Shown here: positions 38,209-47,931 of the stretch, piece by piece
How the letters are laid out: each line of letters opens with the position of its first letter
How positions within the stretch are numbered: position 1 is the stretch's first letter
The notes under the pieces: generated by a model
Databases searched by the model: none
Told to the model about the DNA's origin: nothing
The model's input: only the letters and a program-made list of their open reading frames with translations
Position numbers and translations under genes: made by a program
Source: Candidatus Woesearchaeota archaeon
Lineage (GTDB): Archaea > Nanobdellota > Nanobdellia > Pacearchaeales > GW2011-AR1
NCBI GenBank assembly: GCA_964503975.1
Contig: CAZDCI010000003.1
Location: 1-49,913, forward strand
Direction: 5' to 3'
Length of the DNA: 49,913 bases

Positions 38209-39441
38209 TTATTCTTGAGGCCGAGGACGCCATGCTGGAAACCTGTTTAACCCTTCAAAAGTCAACTGAACAGAATTGCCCTCTCTCAAACTAACAGTAT
38301 AAAGCTGACTCTTTGCAAACAATATTGAACTTCCATCAGGAGATATTTCAGGATCAACCTCTATACCTCCATCATTAGTGACTCTTTGCAAGTCTTCTAA
38401 GTTTCCGTTTCTCGCAAAGTAAATATCTGCCTGGCCTCCTTCGTTTGAAACAAAAGTCATGCTACCATCAAGAGAGCAAGAAGGATCCCATTCCCCCCAA
38501 AGTGTATTAGTTACATTTCTTGGATTACTTCCATCAACTTTAACCCTATATAAATCTGCATCATCCCATGAAGGTTTCCATTGTGAGAAAACAATCTCAT
38601 CTTCAGAGCACCACGTCGGAGTTCTGGTTCCCGCCCCTCTCGTTTCGTAAACTCTTCTAAAATTTTTTCCATTTCTGTCCACCACTGCTATCCCTGAAAC
38701 ACCATTTTTAAAATCTATATATGCCATAGCTATCTTGGTTCCATCGGGAGACCACTCTGGATTGAACATATTGAATCTCTCTCCTATAAGCTCATCAAGT
38801 AAAGGTTCTTGATTTTTGCCTTCACTGTCCACTAAATATACTTCTTCAACTCTTGTAGACGTTGCAGAGATTCCTCTACGTGTATCCACAACAGCCAAAT
38901 ACTCCCCGTCAGGAGACCATGCAGGCTCGGAAGCATCCTTTACTAAAACACGCTCATTGTCTAATCCTCTGTCCACCAAGTCTGCAAGATAAACATTTTT
39001 ATCTCCATTTGAAAGATTGACATTCAGATACGCAATCTGCTCAGGCTCCTCAACCCTGACAGCATCTTCCAAGCTAGCCGTGGTCTTAGCACCTTCGTTG
39101 TCTGTAACCGTGACTGAGGCCCTGTATTCTCCTGCTTCAGGATAAGCATATGTGGTTGTTGCTGATTCGGTTGTAGCATCAGACCATCCATCGTTATCAA
39201 AATCCCAACGATAACTCGTTATAGTTCCGTCAGGATCATAACCTTGGGCACTGAAAGTTACATCTTGTCCCCTATAGGCTTGCATAGGTTCTGCAGAAAC
39301 CTTTTCTATAACGGGTTTTTGATTTTCTATTGTTATAGGACTGTCACAACTAGAATAAAATAAACTTCCTAATGCGATAGCACTTGCTGCTAAAGCTGTT
39401 CTTCCTACACCTTTAACTCTTCCAACCAAGTTTTTAGCCAT
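38209..39441 (-). CDS. PKD domain plus TolB/PD40 beta-propeller protein, probably a lipoprotein
   Basis: DPDGTITSYRWDF...VTDNEG (PKD); repeated P.WSPDG; signal peptide ending SSC. Confidence 0.88.
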   Translation of the reverse strand: MAKNLVGRVKGVGRTALAASAIALGSLFYSSCDSPITIENQKPVIEKVSAEPMQAYRGQDVTFSAQGYDPDGTITSYRWDFDNDGWSDATTESATTTYAYPEAGEYRASVTVTDNEGAKTTASLEDAVRVEEPEQIAYLNVNLSNGDKNVYLADLVDRGLDNERVLVKDASEPAWSPDGEYLAVVDTRRGISATSTRVEEVYLVDSEGKNQEPLLDELIGERFNMFNPEWSPDGTKIAMAYIDFKNGVSGIAVVDRNGKNFRRVYETRGAGTRTPTWCSEDEIVFSQWKPSWDDADLYRVKVDGSNPRNVTNTLWGEWDPSCSLDGSMTFVSNEGGQADIYFARNGNLEDLQRVTNDGGIEVDPEISPDGSSILFAKSQLYTVSLREGNSVQLTFEGLNRFPAWRPRPQE

Positions 39442-39545
39442 ATTAAGTATATTATATTTAACCTAAACAGATATATATTTTTTACTATTTAAAGCTTTCT
39501 ATTTGTTGCCACTTAAAAGGAGATAATTAAAAGCAATAGTGTTAT

Positions 39546-39850
39546 TTAATAACTGATTATTTTTAGTCTTTTTATATTCTTAAAATGCGTTGTGTTTTTT
39601 GTGATTATCTTATTAACACCATTTGAAAGAAAGATTCCTGAAATAATGCAACCAAATCTCTCTATCATTTTTCCTTCATTAGCTAAATCCCAAAAAATTT
39701 CAGATGCATTTTTTGCAAAAGTCCTATTAAAATCCAAAAGAATAATATTGTTCAAAAACTTTCATAATATTCCTCTTCAGATTTATAATTTTTTATGTTC
39801 TTTGGATTAATTCCAAAAAAAAAGTTTATTGATTCAACCTATTTTTCAAA
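39546..39850 (-). pseudogene. Degraded PIN-domain (VapC) toxin gene
   Basis: C-terminal half L..EGKMI...IITKN..HF..I..LKIISY is recognisable; 5' part disrupted; upstream boundary approximate. Confidence 0.6.
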
Positions 39851-39899
39851 ATATTGCCCTTAGGGAAAAACTGGAGAAGCAATGATTAAAAGAGCTCTT

Positions 39900-40817
39900 T
39901 TAATTAAGGGGAGAATTAATTAATCTCTCATATAAATTTCTATTTTCACTTGAAAATTTTCTCCTTTTATCTCTTTGCAACATCCTTATAACTCCTGTCT
40001 CTTTTGACGGAACTACATAGCTTCCATAAGCAATGAGCTTAGCCCCAAAATGAGTATCTTCATATCCCCAGGTTCTAAATCTTTCATCAAATCCTTCCAC
40101 ATTTAAAACATGATTTCTTCTTACACTTACATTATGTGTAACAACCATCTTAGGTAATGTCCAAGGACCGATTCTTCTATAATGGCCAAACTGTTTAAAC
40201 CAATCTGTTTCTTCTGCTAGTTTAAATTCTGTTCTACCAAATTGGGCAGTGTTAAATTTTTTATAATATCTAAAATCGTCAGTTATATCAGGAACTATTC
40301 GATTAGGATTTGCTAATAAGCTAGAAGCCTCATCAAAATAAATATTTTGTGCAAATCCTACTGCAATTGCTTTATCTAAAGAATTATGAATTGTCCACAT
40401 TTCTTCAAAATAATTTGAAGGCAGTAAAACATCAGCATCAAAAAAGAAAATCAATTCTTTGTTGGATTTTTTAATTCCTGAATTTCTTGCGGAACTTCTT
40501 CCCAAATTTTTATCATGATCTATAAAATACATATCACAAGGAAAATACAACCTTTCAAAAACAGAATAAACATCTTCTTCAGACCCATCATTCACAATAA
40601 TTAACTCAAATAAATCGGGATTGGATAGAATCGTTTTATGTCTTGACAAGTTTTCTAATGTTTTTTCCAGGGCTCTTTTTCCATTGTAAACAGGAATAAT
40701 AATTGAGGAAGAAATTGGAGATCTGTTTTCAAAGGGTTCATAACAACTGTAATCATTATCTTTTTTTTCTAAGAGTTTCCTAATTGTCTCTTGAGAGTCC
40801 ATTTTTTTCTCCTTCAC
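39900..40817 (-). CDS. Glycosyltransferase family 2
   Basis: SIIIPVYN, VNDGS, ARNSG, FFDAD, GFDERF.TWGYED. Confidence 0.9.
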   Translation of the reverse strand: MKEKKMDSQETIRKLLEKKDNDYSCYEPFENRSPISSSIIIPVYNGKRALEKTLENLSRHKTILSNPDLFELIIVNDGSEEDVYSVFERLYFPCDMYFIDHDKNLGRSSARNSGIKKSNKELIFFFDADVLLPSNYFEEMWTIHNSLDKAIAVGFAQNIYFDEASSLLANPNRIVPDITDDFRYYKKFNTAQFGRTEFKLAEETDWFKQFGHYRRIGPWTLPKMVVTHNVSVRRNHVLNVEGFDERFRTWGYEDTHFGAKLIAYGSYVVPSKETGVIRMLQRDKRRKFSSENRNLYERLINSPLN

Positions 40818-41440
40818 CCTCTTTTTCTTTTAATGGATAATTCTTGTTGTGTTTATCATACAATTCTATTGCATTATTCATCCAGTTATATATGGGCATT
40901 ATCAGTTCTTTTTCTTGATCAAAATGTATCTTATCCAAACTTTTCTTTAATTTTTTCCTAGTCCAGTCATAGAAAAAATCCCAATTATTAAAAAACGAGG
41001 CTTTAGCAAAGTAGTGCAGAGTAATAAATTTTGAAACAGCATCAGTAGTATTAACAATTTTTGCGTTTACAGAAGAGGAATCGTCTGATGAAATGGTTTG
41101 ATTTATACATTCCACAACATTTTCAACAATATCTTCAGAAAATCCTTTTTTCTTCAATAATTCTCTTGCATACTCAACACTCCTTCCTTCATGCCCTGCA
41201 GGAGATTCTTCTTCTCTTTTATAAACTAATCCAGTATCGTGCAAATAGACGGCTAGTACAAATTAATAAATCTCCACCATACTTCTGGCACATTTCATCT
41301 GCCATGTCTGCCATAACATCAAAGTGATGTGGAAAAATCCATTTTGGGTTTTGGTAATCGTTTTTTGCATTATTTTTAAATAAATTAAAAACTTCCTTTT
41401 TTACTTCTTCTATTTTCTCATTTCTTATCATTTGCTGCAT
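40780..41440 (-). pseudogene. HD-domain protein split by a frameshift near 41258; paralog of 42231-42923
   Basis: ORFs 41219-41440 and 40780-41244 align end to end with the paralog (WIFP.HF, LHD.GLVYKRE, HYFAKASFFNNW); about 2 nt are missing. Confidence 0.8.
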
Positions 41441-42234
41441 ACCTCCACTAACTTATTTGTAACATAATCAGGTTCTCCATTAATTTTATAGATGAAAGAG
41501 GCATTGTTAACAAATCTTTTAAACATCTCTAAATAATTTTGTTGTAATCCTTTGATCTCTTTTGTATCTATGGCACTTGCAAATCTTGATTCCAAGGGCC
41601 TACTTAAAAAATATTTTAATGTTTCATCAGTAATTAGCCCCTCCTCAACGACTTCCCTTTCGGCAGTTATTTGTCTATCCTTTTTCACATCTATCACCAC
41701 AATAGTATAGTCATTAAAAAAGTGAACGCCATCTTTTGAATTTCTATAAGATTTAATTTCACTTTCTCTTTTCCTAAAACCTATCAATTCATTTCCAGCC
41801 ATTGATGGATCTCTAACAATCACATGATCATCTCCAACTATTTCTCCAAAATTCATAGACGCCAAGTTATCTAAAGTTAGGCTCTTCCCAGATTTACTTT
41901 CTCCTAGAACAAATATGCCTCTTTTATTTACACTTATTGCTCCACAATGTAATGGCAAATTTCCATTTTCAACACTATTCATATCAAAAGCAAATCTAAA
42001 ATAATATGAATCTCTTTTTAGATTTGAGCCATCCCAGGGAAAAGTAACCTTCCTTAAATTCAAATTATAGCCATAATTTTTTCCCATGTTAATGGACAAT
42101 TGTCCTACGGTATTAGAATCTTCCCTAAAACAAATTCGGGTTCTGAATGTTTTTGAAGAGAATAGTTGTCTTTCTTCATCTGACTCAAAAAGAACTTTTG
42201 TTGCCAATCGTTCTAAATCTGAATCAATTTTCAT
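41428..42234 (-). CDS. HPr kinase-like P-loop protein
   Basis: LHCGAI, LGESKSGKS, VGDDHV. Confidence 0.7.
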   Translation of the reverse strand: MKIDSDLERLATKVLFESDEERQLFSSKTFRTRICFREDSNTVGQLSINMGKNYGYNLNLRKVTFPWDGSNLKRDSYYFRFAFDMNSVENGNLPLHCGAISVNKRGIFVLGESKSGKSLTLDNLASMNFGEIVGDDHVIVRDPSMAGNELIGFRKRESEIKSYRNSKDGVHFFNDYTIVVIDVKKDRQITAEREVVEEGLITDETLKYFLSRPLESRFASAIDTKEIKGLQQNYLEMFKRFVNNASFIYKINGEPDYVTNKLVEVCSK

Positions 42235-43139
42235 TCGTATCTCTCCCTATATTTATCATACAATTCTATAGCTTTTATCATATAATCTCTGATTGGTTTC
42301 ACAATTTTTCTTTCATCTTCAAAACTTATTTTGTTGTAACAACTTTCAACCCTATCTCTTACCCATTCCATGAAAAAGTTCCAATTATTGAAAAAGGATG
42401 CTTTGGCAAAATAATGCACACTAATAAATTGGGATAAAATATCTGCCGTTCTTAGTATCTTTGCATTGATTGATTTAGGCTCCCCTTTTTCATCTTTCTC
42501 TGTAGAAACTATGCAATCTATGACTTCTTTGGAAATATCTTCGGATATTTCATATTTTTTTAGGATTTCTTTAGCATACCCCCTACTTCTTTTCTCATGA
42601 CCTTCTGAAGATTGATTTTCTCTTTTATATACAAGCCCAACATCATGAAGTAAAACAACTAATTCGCAAACCAAAATATTACCATCATACTTATCACACA
42701 TGTCTTTAACCAAACCACTCATTATGTCAAAATGATTTGGAAATATCCAATCTGGATTAGTATATTCGTTCTTTGCGTTATTTTTAAATAAAAGATATAT
42801 TTCTCTTTTTATATCCTGTAGCTTATCTTTATTTTGTTCCATATCAATAATCATATCAATTTTATTTAAAATACTTTTCGTATAATCCTTTTGAAATTTA
42901 TCTCTTCCTTTTAAGATATTCAAGAAATATTCATGGTACTTCTCTTTCTTTAGTGTAGGGTATTCAAATAATAATCTTTTTATGATGTTTTTATATAAAC
43001 TATCTATCCCTTTTTTTAGTATATTTTTAGGATCATAAAAGATTTTATGTGTGATGTATTTTGCTGTAGGAATTCCATAAATATATTTTCCTTCACTAGA
43101 TATAAAAAATAAAGGGAGTTTAATCGAATTTCCTGTTTT
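42231..43139 (-). CDS. HD-domain protein, apparently 5'-truncated
   Basis: LLHDVG, GHE.RS, LRTAD; the frame stays open upstream of TTG 42923 to 43139 with no start codon. Confidence 0.7.
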   Translation of the reverse strand, partial: KTGNSIKLPLFFISSEGKYIYGIPTAKYITHKIFYDPKNILKKGIDSLYKNIIKRLLFEYPTLKKEKYHEYFLNILKGRDKFQKDYTKSILNKIDMIIDMEQNKDKLQDIKREIYLLFKNNAKNEYTNPDWIFPNHFDIMSGLVKDMCDKYDGNILVCELVVLLHDVGLVYKRENQSSEGHEKRSRGYAKEILKKYEISEDISKEVIDCIVSTEKDEKGEPKSINAKILRTADILSQFISVHYFAKASFFNNWNFFMEWVRDRVESCYNKISFEDERKIVKPIRDYMIKAIELYDKYRERYE

Positions 43140-43736
43140 TTATTCATCCTTTAAATTTTTTCTGAATTTAATAAATTCATCCTGGCCAAAAAGAACAATT
43201 CCTTTTTTTATGGCATCAATAAAAATTTTGTTTCGTTTCTTTAATTCTTTTTCAAATTCTTTTTTTGTAAAATTTTCCGAATGTATTTTTTTGGATTGAA
43301 TTTTTTGTATTTTTTGTAAAGCTTCTTCAATGTTTTGGAAATCGTTTTCACTGGAAACTACTCCTAAAATGTCTATATCACTTGCTTCTCTTGGAGAGTG
43401 AAGTATGCTTCCGTACAATATTAAAAAATCTACAATTTTCCCAACATCTTCAAAATTTTCCATCCATCTTCTGTGTTTCAAAGCTTCTTCCGTTAAAATC
43501 AAAGAAAGTTTTTTTTCTAACAATAAATTCTCCCAGTTTAAATTCACAATAATGCTGTTTGTTTTTCCCTCTCCAATCTGGGAAAGAGAAATTAATTTTT
43601 CACGCTCTAAGTTTTTCAAAGCCTTCCATGTTCCGACTCTGCTTAAATTAATCTCTTTACTTAAAGCAGTGACCGTCCATCTGGATTTAAACTGTTTTAA
43701 TAGGATTTTCAAAATTTTTGTTTTTGTATCAGCCAT
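43140..43736 (-). CDS. wHTH plus minimal nucleotidyltransferase (MNT) protein
   Basis: LSKEINLSRVG HTH; LYGS...SDIDIL; IKKGIVLFG. Confidence 0.85.
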   Translation of the reverse strand: MADTKTKILKILLKQFKSRWTVTALSKEINLSRVGTWKALKNLEREKLISLSQIGEGKTNSIIVNLNWENLLLEKKLSLILTEEALKHRRWMENFEDVGKIVDFLILYGSILHSPREASDIDILGVVSSENDFQNIEEALQKIQKIQSKKIHSENFTKKEFEKELKKRNKIFIDAIKKGIVLFGQDEFIKFRKNLKDE

Positions 43737-43955
43737 ATTTTAATTTTAATAACTATTTACTTTTTATTAACAACTATTAACCTTTAGTTAATAATACTAT
43801 TTAAATCTTACTATTCACAATATAAACTTTTCATTGTTAATGAACACCCGTATTTGTTGGTTTCTACTTGACATTTTTATATAATTATGTCTATATATGT
43901 TAGACATTTTGTAAAAATTAGCATTAAATTTGTGTTTAATTTAAGTAAAAATTAA

Positions 43956-44094
43956 CTACTTAACCTTCGGGTTCAAACCGTTAACATTAAGCCTATAGCT
44001 AACCTCTCCTGCCCGCGTCCTATGTATTATCAAAGCATTCTCGCCAACATTCTTAGTATACCAAACCCTTCCTTCCATCAAAAGCTGGTGTTAA
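43956..44094 (-). pseudogene. Orphan 3' end D of the fibre-like gene
   Basis: LTPAFDGRVWYTKNVGENALIIHRTRAGEVSYRLNVNGLNPKVK* after removing a 4-bp GAAG duplication, versus LTPGFDGRAWYEKNSKENSVTIHGTQAGEVSYRMTAN. Confidence 0.88.
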
Positions 44095-45377
44095 TCTTTC
44101 TCCAAAACCCATTTCCATACAGGAACAATTTTTATCTTTTTGCCTTTGAAATTTTCTTGCCCTTCATTATTCATCGTAATTAAAGTTAGTTTTTTACAAT
44201 CATATTCTTTAGAAGCTTTGACTAAAGAACTAAGCTCTCTTTCTTTTGTTGCAAAATGACCTATATCAAAAGAGACTTGTATCAATTCTTTCACCTTTTT
44301 CCCTTCTCTTACAACAAAATCAACTTCTTCTAAATTATTATTTTTATAATAAGAAACTTTTTTTTCCCTTCTAATCAATTCAAGAAAAACCAAATTTTCT
44401 AAAAGCCTTCCTTTGTCATCTATATTATTAATTGATAAAATCCCATTATCAACAAAATACACTTTTGGCAGGGTTTGGTTTTCTTTTTTATATGAAAGAT
44501 CAAATTTTCTCAAAAGAAAAACAATGAATGCGTCTTCAAGGTAACCAAGATAATTATAAATTGAATCTCTACCGACTTTTAATCCAGATGATTTCAGATA
44601 ACTATAAAATTTATTTGCTGAGAACTCTTTTGAATTTATTAAAGCTTTGAGGAGTCTTTTTACCACATCAGTATTTCTTATATTCTCTCTTTCTATTACG
44701 TCTTTATACAAAGCCGTGTCGAATATATTTGTAAGAATTCTTTCTTTTTCTTCAGGATAAAATACTGTTTCTGGATATCCACCATCATAAAAATACTTAT
44801 TGAATAAATTCAGTATTCTTGATTTTTCTCTCGAAGATAAAACCTTTTCAAAACTTATTCCTTTGGAAAACAAGTATTCTTTAAATGAGAAAGGAAATAC
44901 TTTATATGTAAGAGTCCTTCCCCTCATAGAAGTTGCAATCTCTTTACTGAGCATTCTTGAAGAGGAACCTGAGACAAACACATTTATGAATTCATCAAGG
45001 CATGTTCTCACAAAAATTTCCCAATTTTTAACATTTTGAATTTCATCTAAAAAAAACCATATATCTTTTTTCTTAATATCCGGATTCATCTCAAAAAACG
45101 CTTCTTTCATCAAGACTAAATCTTTTGAGTTTAAAGGTAAAAGCCCTGCTTTCTCAAAATTCATATATAAAATATTTTTTCTTTTATATTTTTTAGAAAG
45201 TTTTTTGATTAATGAAAACATCAAATAAGTTTTTCCTGCTCTTCTCGGGCCTATTATTGCAACAGCGCGTCTTATTGGTTTTTCAAGAGGGATTTTTATT
45301 TCTCTCTCAATTAAATCCGGAAGCTCCATCTCATAGGAATCTTTTATCATTTCCTTCCATTCTTGTTTTGACACCAT
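44091..45377 (-). CDS. AAA+ ATPase with DUF4143 domain (COG1373-type)
   Basis: GPRRAGKT, FLDEIQ, SGSSS, GGYPE, KVYFVDNG, EVDFV. Confidence 0.92.
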   Translation of the reverse strand: MVSKQEWKEMIKDSYEMELPDLIEREIKIPLEKPIRRAVAIIGPRRAGKTYLMFSLIKKLSKKYKRKNILYMNFEKAGLLPLNSKDLVLMKEAFFEMNPDIKKKDIWFFLDEIQNVKNWEIFVRTCLDEFINVFVSGSSSRMLSKEIATSMRGRTLTYKVFPFSFKEYLFSKGISFEKVLSSREKSRILNLFNKYFYDGGYPETVFYPEEKERILTNIFDTALYKDVIERENIRNTDVVKRLLKALINSKEFSANKFYSYLKSSGLKVGRDSIYNYLGYLEDAFIVFLLRKFDLSYKKENQTLPKVYFVDNGILSINNIDDKGRLLENLVFLELIRREKKVSYYKNNNLEEVDFVVREGKKVKELIQVSFDIGHFATKERELSSLVKASKEYDCKKLTLITMNNEGQENFKGKKIKIVPVWKWVLEKD

Positions 45378-45468
45378 ATCTTGTATAAGATGAAACTATT
45401 TATAAAAGTTTCCTTTTATAAAAGTCTAAAGTTCTTCAATCTCAACCCTTAAACCTAACCCTCAAAAC

Positions 45469-45600
45469 CTAAACAAAAGCTTGTCTAAATTCAACACTTT
45501 TAACACTGTTTTCATCACGCGTGTTATCCCATTCTTCACTATTGAATCTTTCTCCTGTAAGCCTATAGCTGATTTCTCGAGTTTGCGTGCTGTGTATTGT
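45469..45600 (-). pseudogene. Orphan 3' end C of the fibre-like gene
   Basis: TIHSTQTREISYRLTGERFNSEEWDNTRDENSVKSVEFRQAFV*. Confidence 0.85.
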
Positions 45601-45971
45601 CAAGATTTCCTTACCTGATATTTATTCATGTCTACTACAACTAAAGAATTTTTTATTTCTTTTTCACCTGTTGATTTCAAAAAATTCTCAAGAACATTGT
45701 TGATTTGATCAGCTGTAAAATAAAACGGCACTCTTAACACTATAACTCCTTTATGTGATTTTGATGGGTAAAGTAAAATATTTCCAAAATGGAGATCTTT
45801 TGTTACTAAAATTTGGTCATTCTTCACAGCATAATCTATTATTTCTTTATCTGGAGAATTACCCATTCCAACTTCTCTTGTATGTTGAACTTCATGTTTA
45901 AATTTTTTAAAGATGTTTATTGAAGAATAAGGAATATTTGCATCAAGAAAAAATTTCATTTTACTGTTCAA
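45600..45971 (-). CDS. DUF5615 PIN-like toxin
   Basis: MKFFLDANIP, D.EI..YA, LVTKD.HF, GVIVLR. Confidence 0.85.
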   Translation of the reverse strand: MNSKMKFFLDANIPYSSINIFKKFKHEVQHTREVGMGNSPDKEIIDYAVKNDQILVTKDLHFGNILLYPSKSHKGVIVLRVPFYFTADQINNVLENFLKSTGEKEIKNSLVVVDMNKYQVRKS

Positions 45972-46179
45972 TATTGTAAACTTCTTCGCTGCTAATTAAT
46001 GAAACAGCATACTTTATTGCGGTTATTACATCTGTTTTTTTTAAGCCATATTCTTTTTCTATCTCTTCATAAGTCATTCCGCCCGCTAATGCTCCTAAAA
46101 CTTCTTCTACACTAATCCTTGTTCCTTTTATTAAAGGTTTCCCGTGCCTTTTTTTATTGTCTATAACTATATTTTCCAT
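45961..46179 (-). CDS. DUF433 antitoxin
   Basis: GKPLIKGTRISV...GMTYEEI..EY.L...DV..A..YA. Confidence 0.92.
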   Translation of the reverse strand: MENIVIDNKKRHGKPLIKGTRISVEEVLGALAGGMTYEEIEKEYGLKKTDVITAIKYAVSLISSEEVYNIEQ

Positions 46180-46218
46180 ATTATCCTAAACAGTATAATG
46201 TATTTAAAACTTTCTCCA

Positions 46219-46345
46219 TCATTTAGCAGGAGGCGTCAAACCACCTGAACTAGCATCAGCAAGGCTACTCCACTTCTTATGGTCAAACCTCGTACCTGTG
46301 AATCTGTAGGAAACCTCGCCTGCCTGGGTTCCATCAAAAGCATGG
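46219..46345 (-). pseudogene. Orphan 3' end B of the fibre-like gene
   Basis: AFDGTQAGEVSYRFTGTRFDHKKWSSLADASSGGLTPPAK* (internal deletion between AFDG and GTQ). Confidence 0.88.
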
Positions 46346-47563
46346 TTAATCCTTTTCCAAAACCCATTTCCAAACAGGTTTAACAATTATCTTTTTATTG
46401 TTAATTTCCATTTCATCTTCCTGATTATAAGTCAATACCAGCCCTTCTTTTAATTTAAATTTTTTAAGCGCTTCAAGAAGCCCTTTAACTTCTCTTTCTT
46501 GATTCTCATCATCAAATTTATAACAAACCTGAATTGCTTGAATTATCTTTTCTCTATCCTTTATTAAAAAATCGCATTCTCCTTTGTCTTGAAAATAGAA
46601 GATTTCTTTATATCTTCTTCTCAAATTCAGAAATACCCCATTTTCTAGCATCTTGCCTTTATCTTTTGAAAAAGAAACCGAATTAGAATATGAAAGCCCA
46701 TTATCTATAGAATAAATTTTTTTTGGGTTCACTTGTTGCTTCTTATAAGAATAACTAAATTTGGGAATTGTGAAAATTAAATAAGAATCTTCCAAATAAG
46801 AAATATAATCAAGGACACTCTGAACGGATTTAACTTTAAGCATTTTTTTAAGTGAATTTGCGGAGAATTCTTTCCCTACGTTACTCAATAAATGAATTGC
46901 CAATTTTTTTAATATTGAAGTATTTTTTATACCAAATCTATTTACAATATCTCTCATTAACACATCATTCAATAGTTCATGTAATCTTGTAAAGTCATCT
47001 TCTCTTAAAAATTCGGGAAATCCTCCCTTATACAAAAAATCATAGTAAGATTTTTTTCCGGGTTTTTTATTAAAAAATTTCAAAAATTCAGAATAGGAAA
47101 AAGGAAAAAGTTCATAACTTAAATGTCTTCCTGTAAGTTTTGTTCCTAATTCTCTGCTTAAAAGAGAAGCATTAGACCCCGTAATAACCACTTTATTTTT
47201 TCTGTCTACTAAAAATCTAACAAATTTCTCCCAACCAGAAACACTTTGTATTTCATCAAAAAAATACACTCCTCCATCACCATATTCTTCTTTAAACACC
47301 TCATCTGCTCTGTTAAAATCACCTAGCTCGAATCCTTCAAGACGAGGATCTTCAAAATTCAAATAATAAAAAGATTTCTGTCTTTTCAAAAGTTGATTCA
47401 AAAGCGTACTTTTTCCACACCTTCTAATTCCTGAGATAATCACAGCAAAAGATTTATTTAATTTTATTTCAGAAAGTTTTTCCCTGAGTACCCCTTGTTC
47501 TATAGACTCTATCCATTCTCTTTGTGATTTTGCAACATTTCTCAATGTCTTTTTGGTCAACAT
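46346..47563 (-). CDS. AAA+ ATPase with DUF4143 domain (COG1373-type)
   Basis: GIRRCGKST, FDEIQ, TGSNAS, GGFPE, KKIYSIDNG, ECDF. Confidence 0.92.
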   Translation of the reverse strand: MLTKKTLRNVAKSQREWIESIEQGVLREKLSEIKLNKSFAVIISGIRRCGKSTLLNQLLKRQKSFYYLNFEDPRLEGFELGDFNRADEVFKEEYGDGGVYFFDEIQSVSGWEKFVRFLVDRKNKVVITGSNASLLSRELGTKLTGRHLSYELFPFSYSEFLKFFNKKPGKKSYYDFLYKGGFPEFLREDDFTRLHELLNDVLMRDIVNRFGIKNTSILKKLAIHLLSNVGKEFSANSLKKMLKVKSVQSVLDYISYLEDSYLIFTIPKFSYSYKKQQVNPKKIYSIDNGLSYSNSVSFSKDKGKMLENGVFLNLRRRYKEIFYFQDKGECDFLIKDREKIIQAIQVCYKFDDENQEREVKGLLEALKKFKLKEGLVLTYNQEDEMEINNKKIIVKPVWKWVLEKD

Positions 47564-47593
47564 GTATACCTCAAAGTCTGATGCTTTATAAAG

Positions 47594-47658
47594 GTTTCTA
47601 TTGTAAATAGAAACTTCTTTCTATTGGTAATAGATACTCTCTTTCATTAGTAATGAAC
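47594..47658. promoter_or_regulatory. Three tandem palindromic operators next to the ATPase TATA box
   Basis: GTTTCTATT-GTA-AATAGAAAC, CTTTCTATT-GGT-AATAGATAC, TTCATT-AGT-AATGAA at about 23-bp spacing. Confidence 0.6.
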
Positions 47659-47679
47659 AAACTCCTTTTCTTTACGTTA

Positions 47680-47778
47680 ATAACCTCACGAGTATCCAAA
47701 AAGCTTACTATCTCGTCAACCAACCTTCTCTTATATAATTTGTATACCATAATATACTTTTTATATAATAAAATGTAT
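47680..47778 (-). pseudogene. Truncated duplicate of the 5' end and upstream region of ATPase 48106-49320
   Basis: 99 bp matching 49250-49348 with 1 mismatch. Confidence 0.9.
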
Positions 47779-47931
47779 GAATCTTCTAAATTTTAAGTCT
47801 TTTATAAAAAGAAATTGTATTTGTTTCATCACATAAAAACAAGTTACATTAAGATAACTTATTTTTAACTTTTATGTTAATTACATGTAACGTACGCTTC
47901 TAAACTTTTCTAAACCCTCTTAACCCTTACC

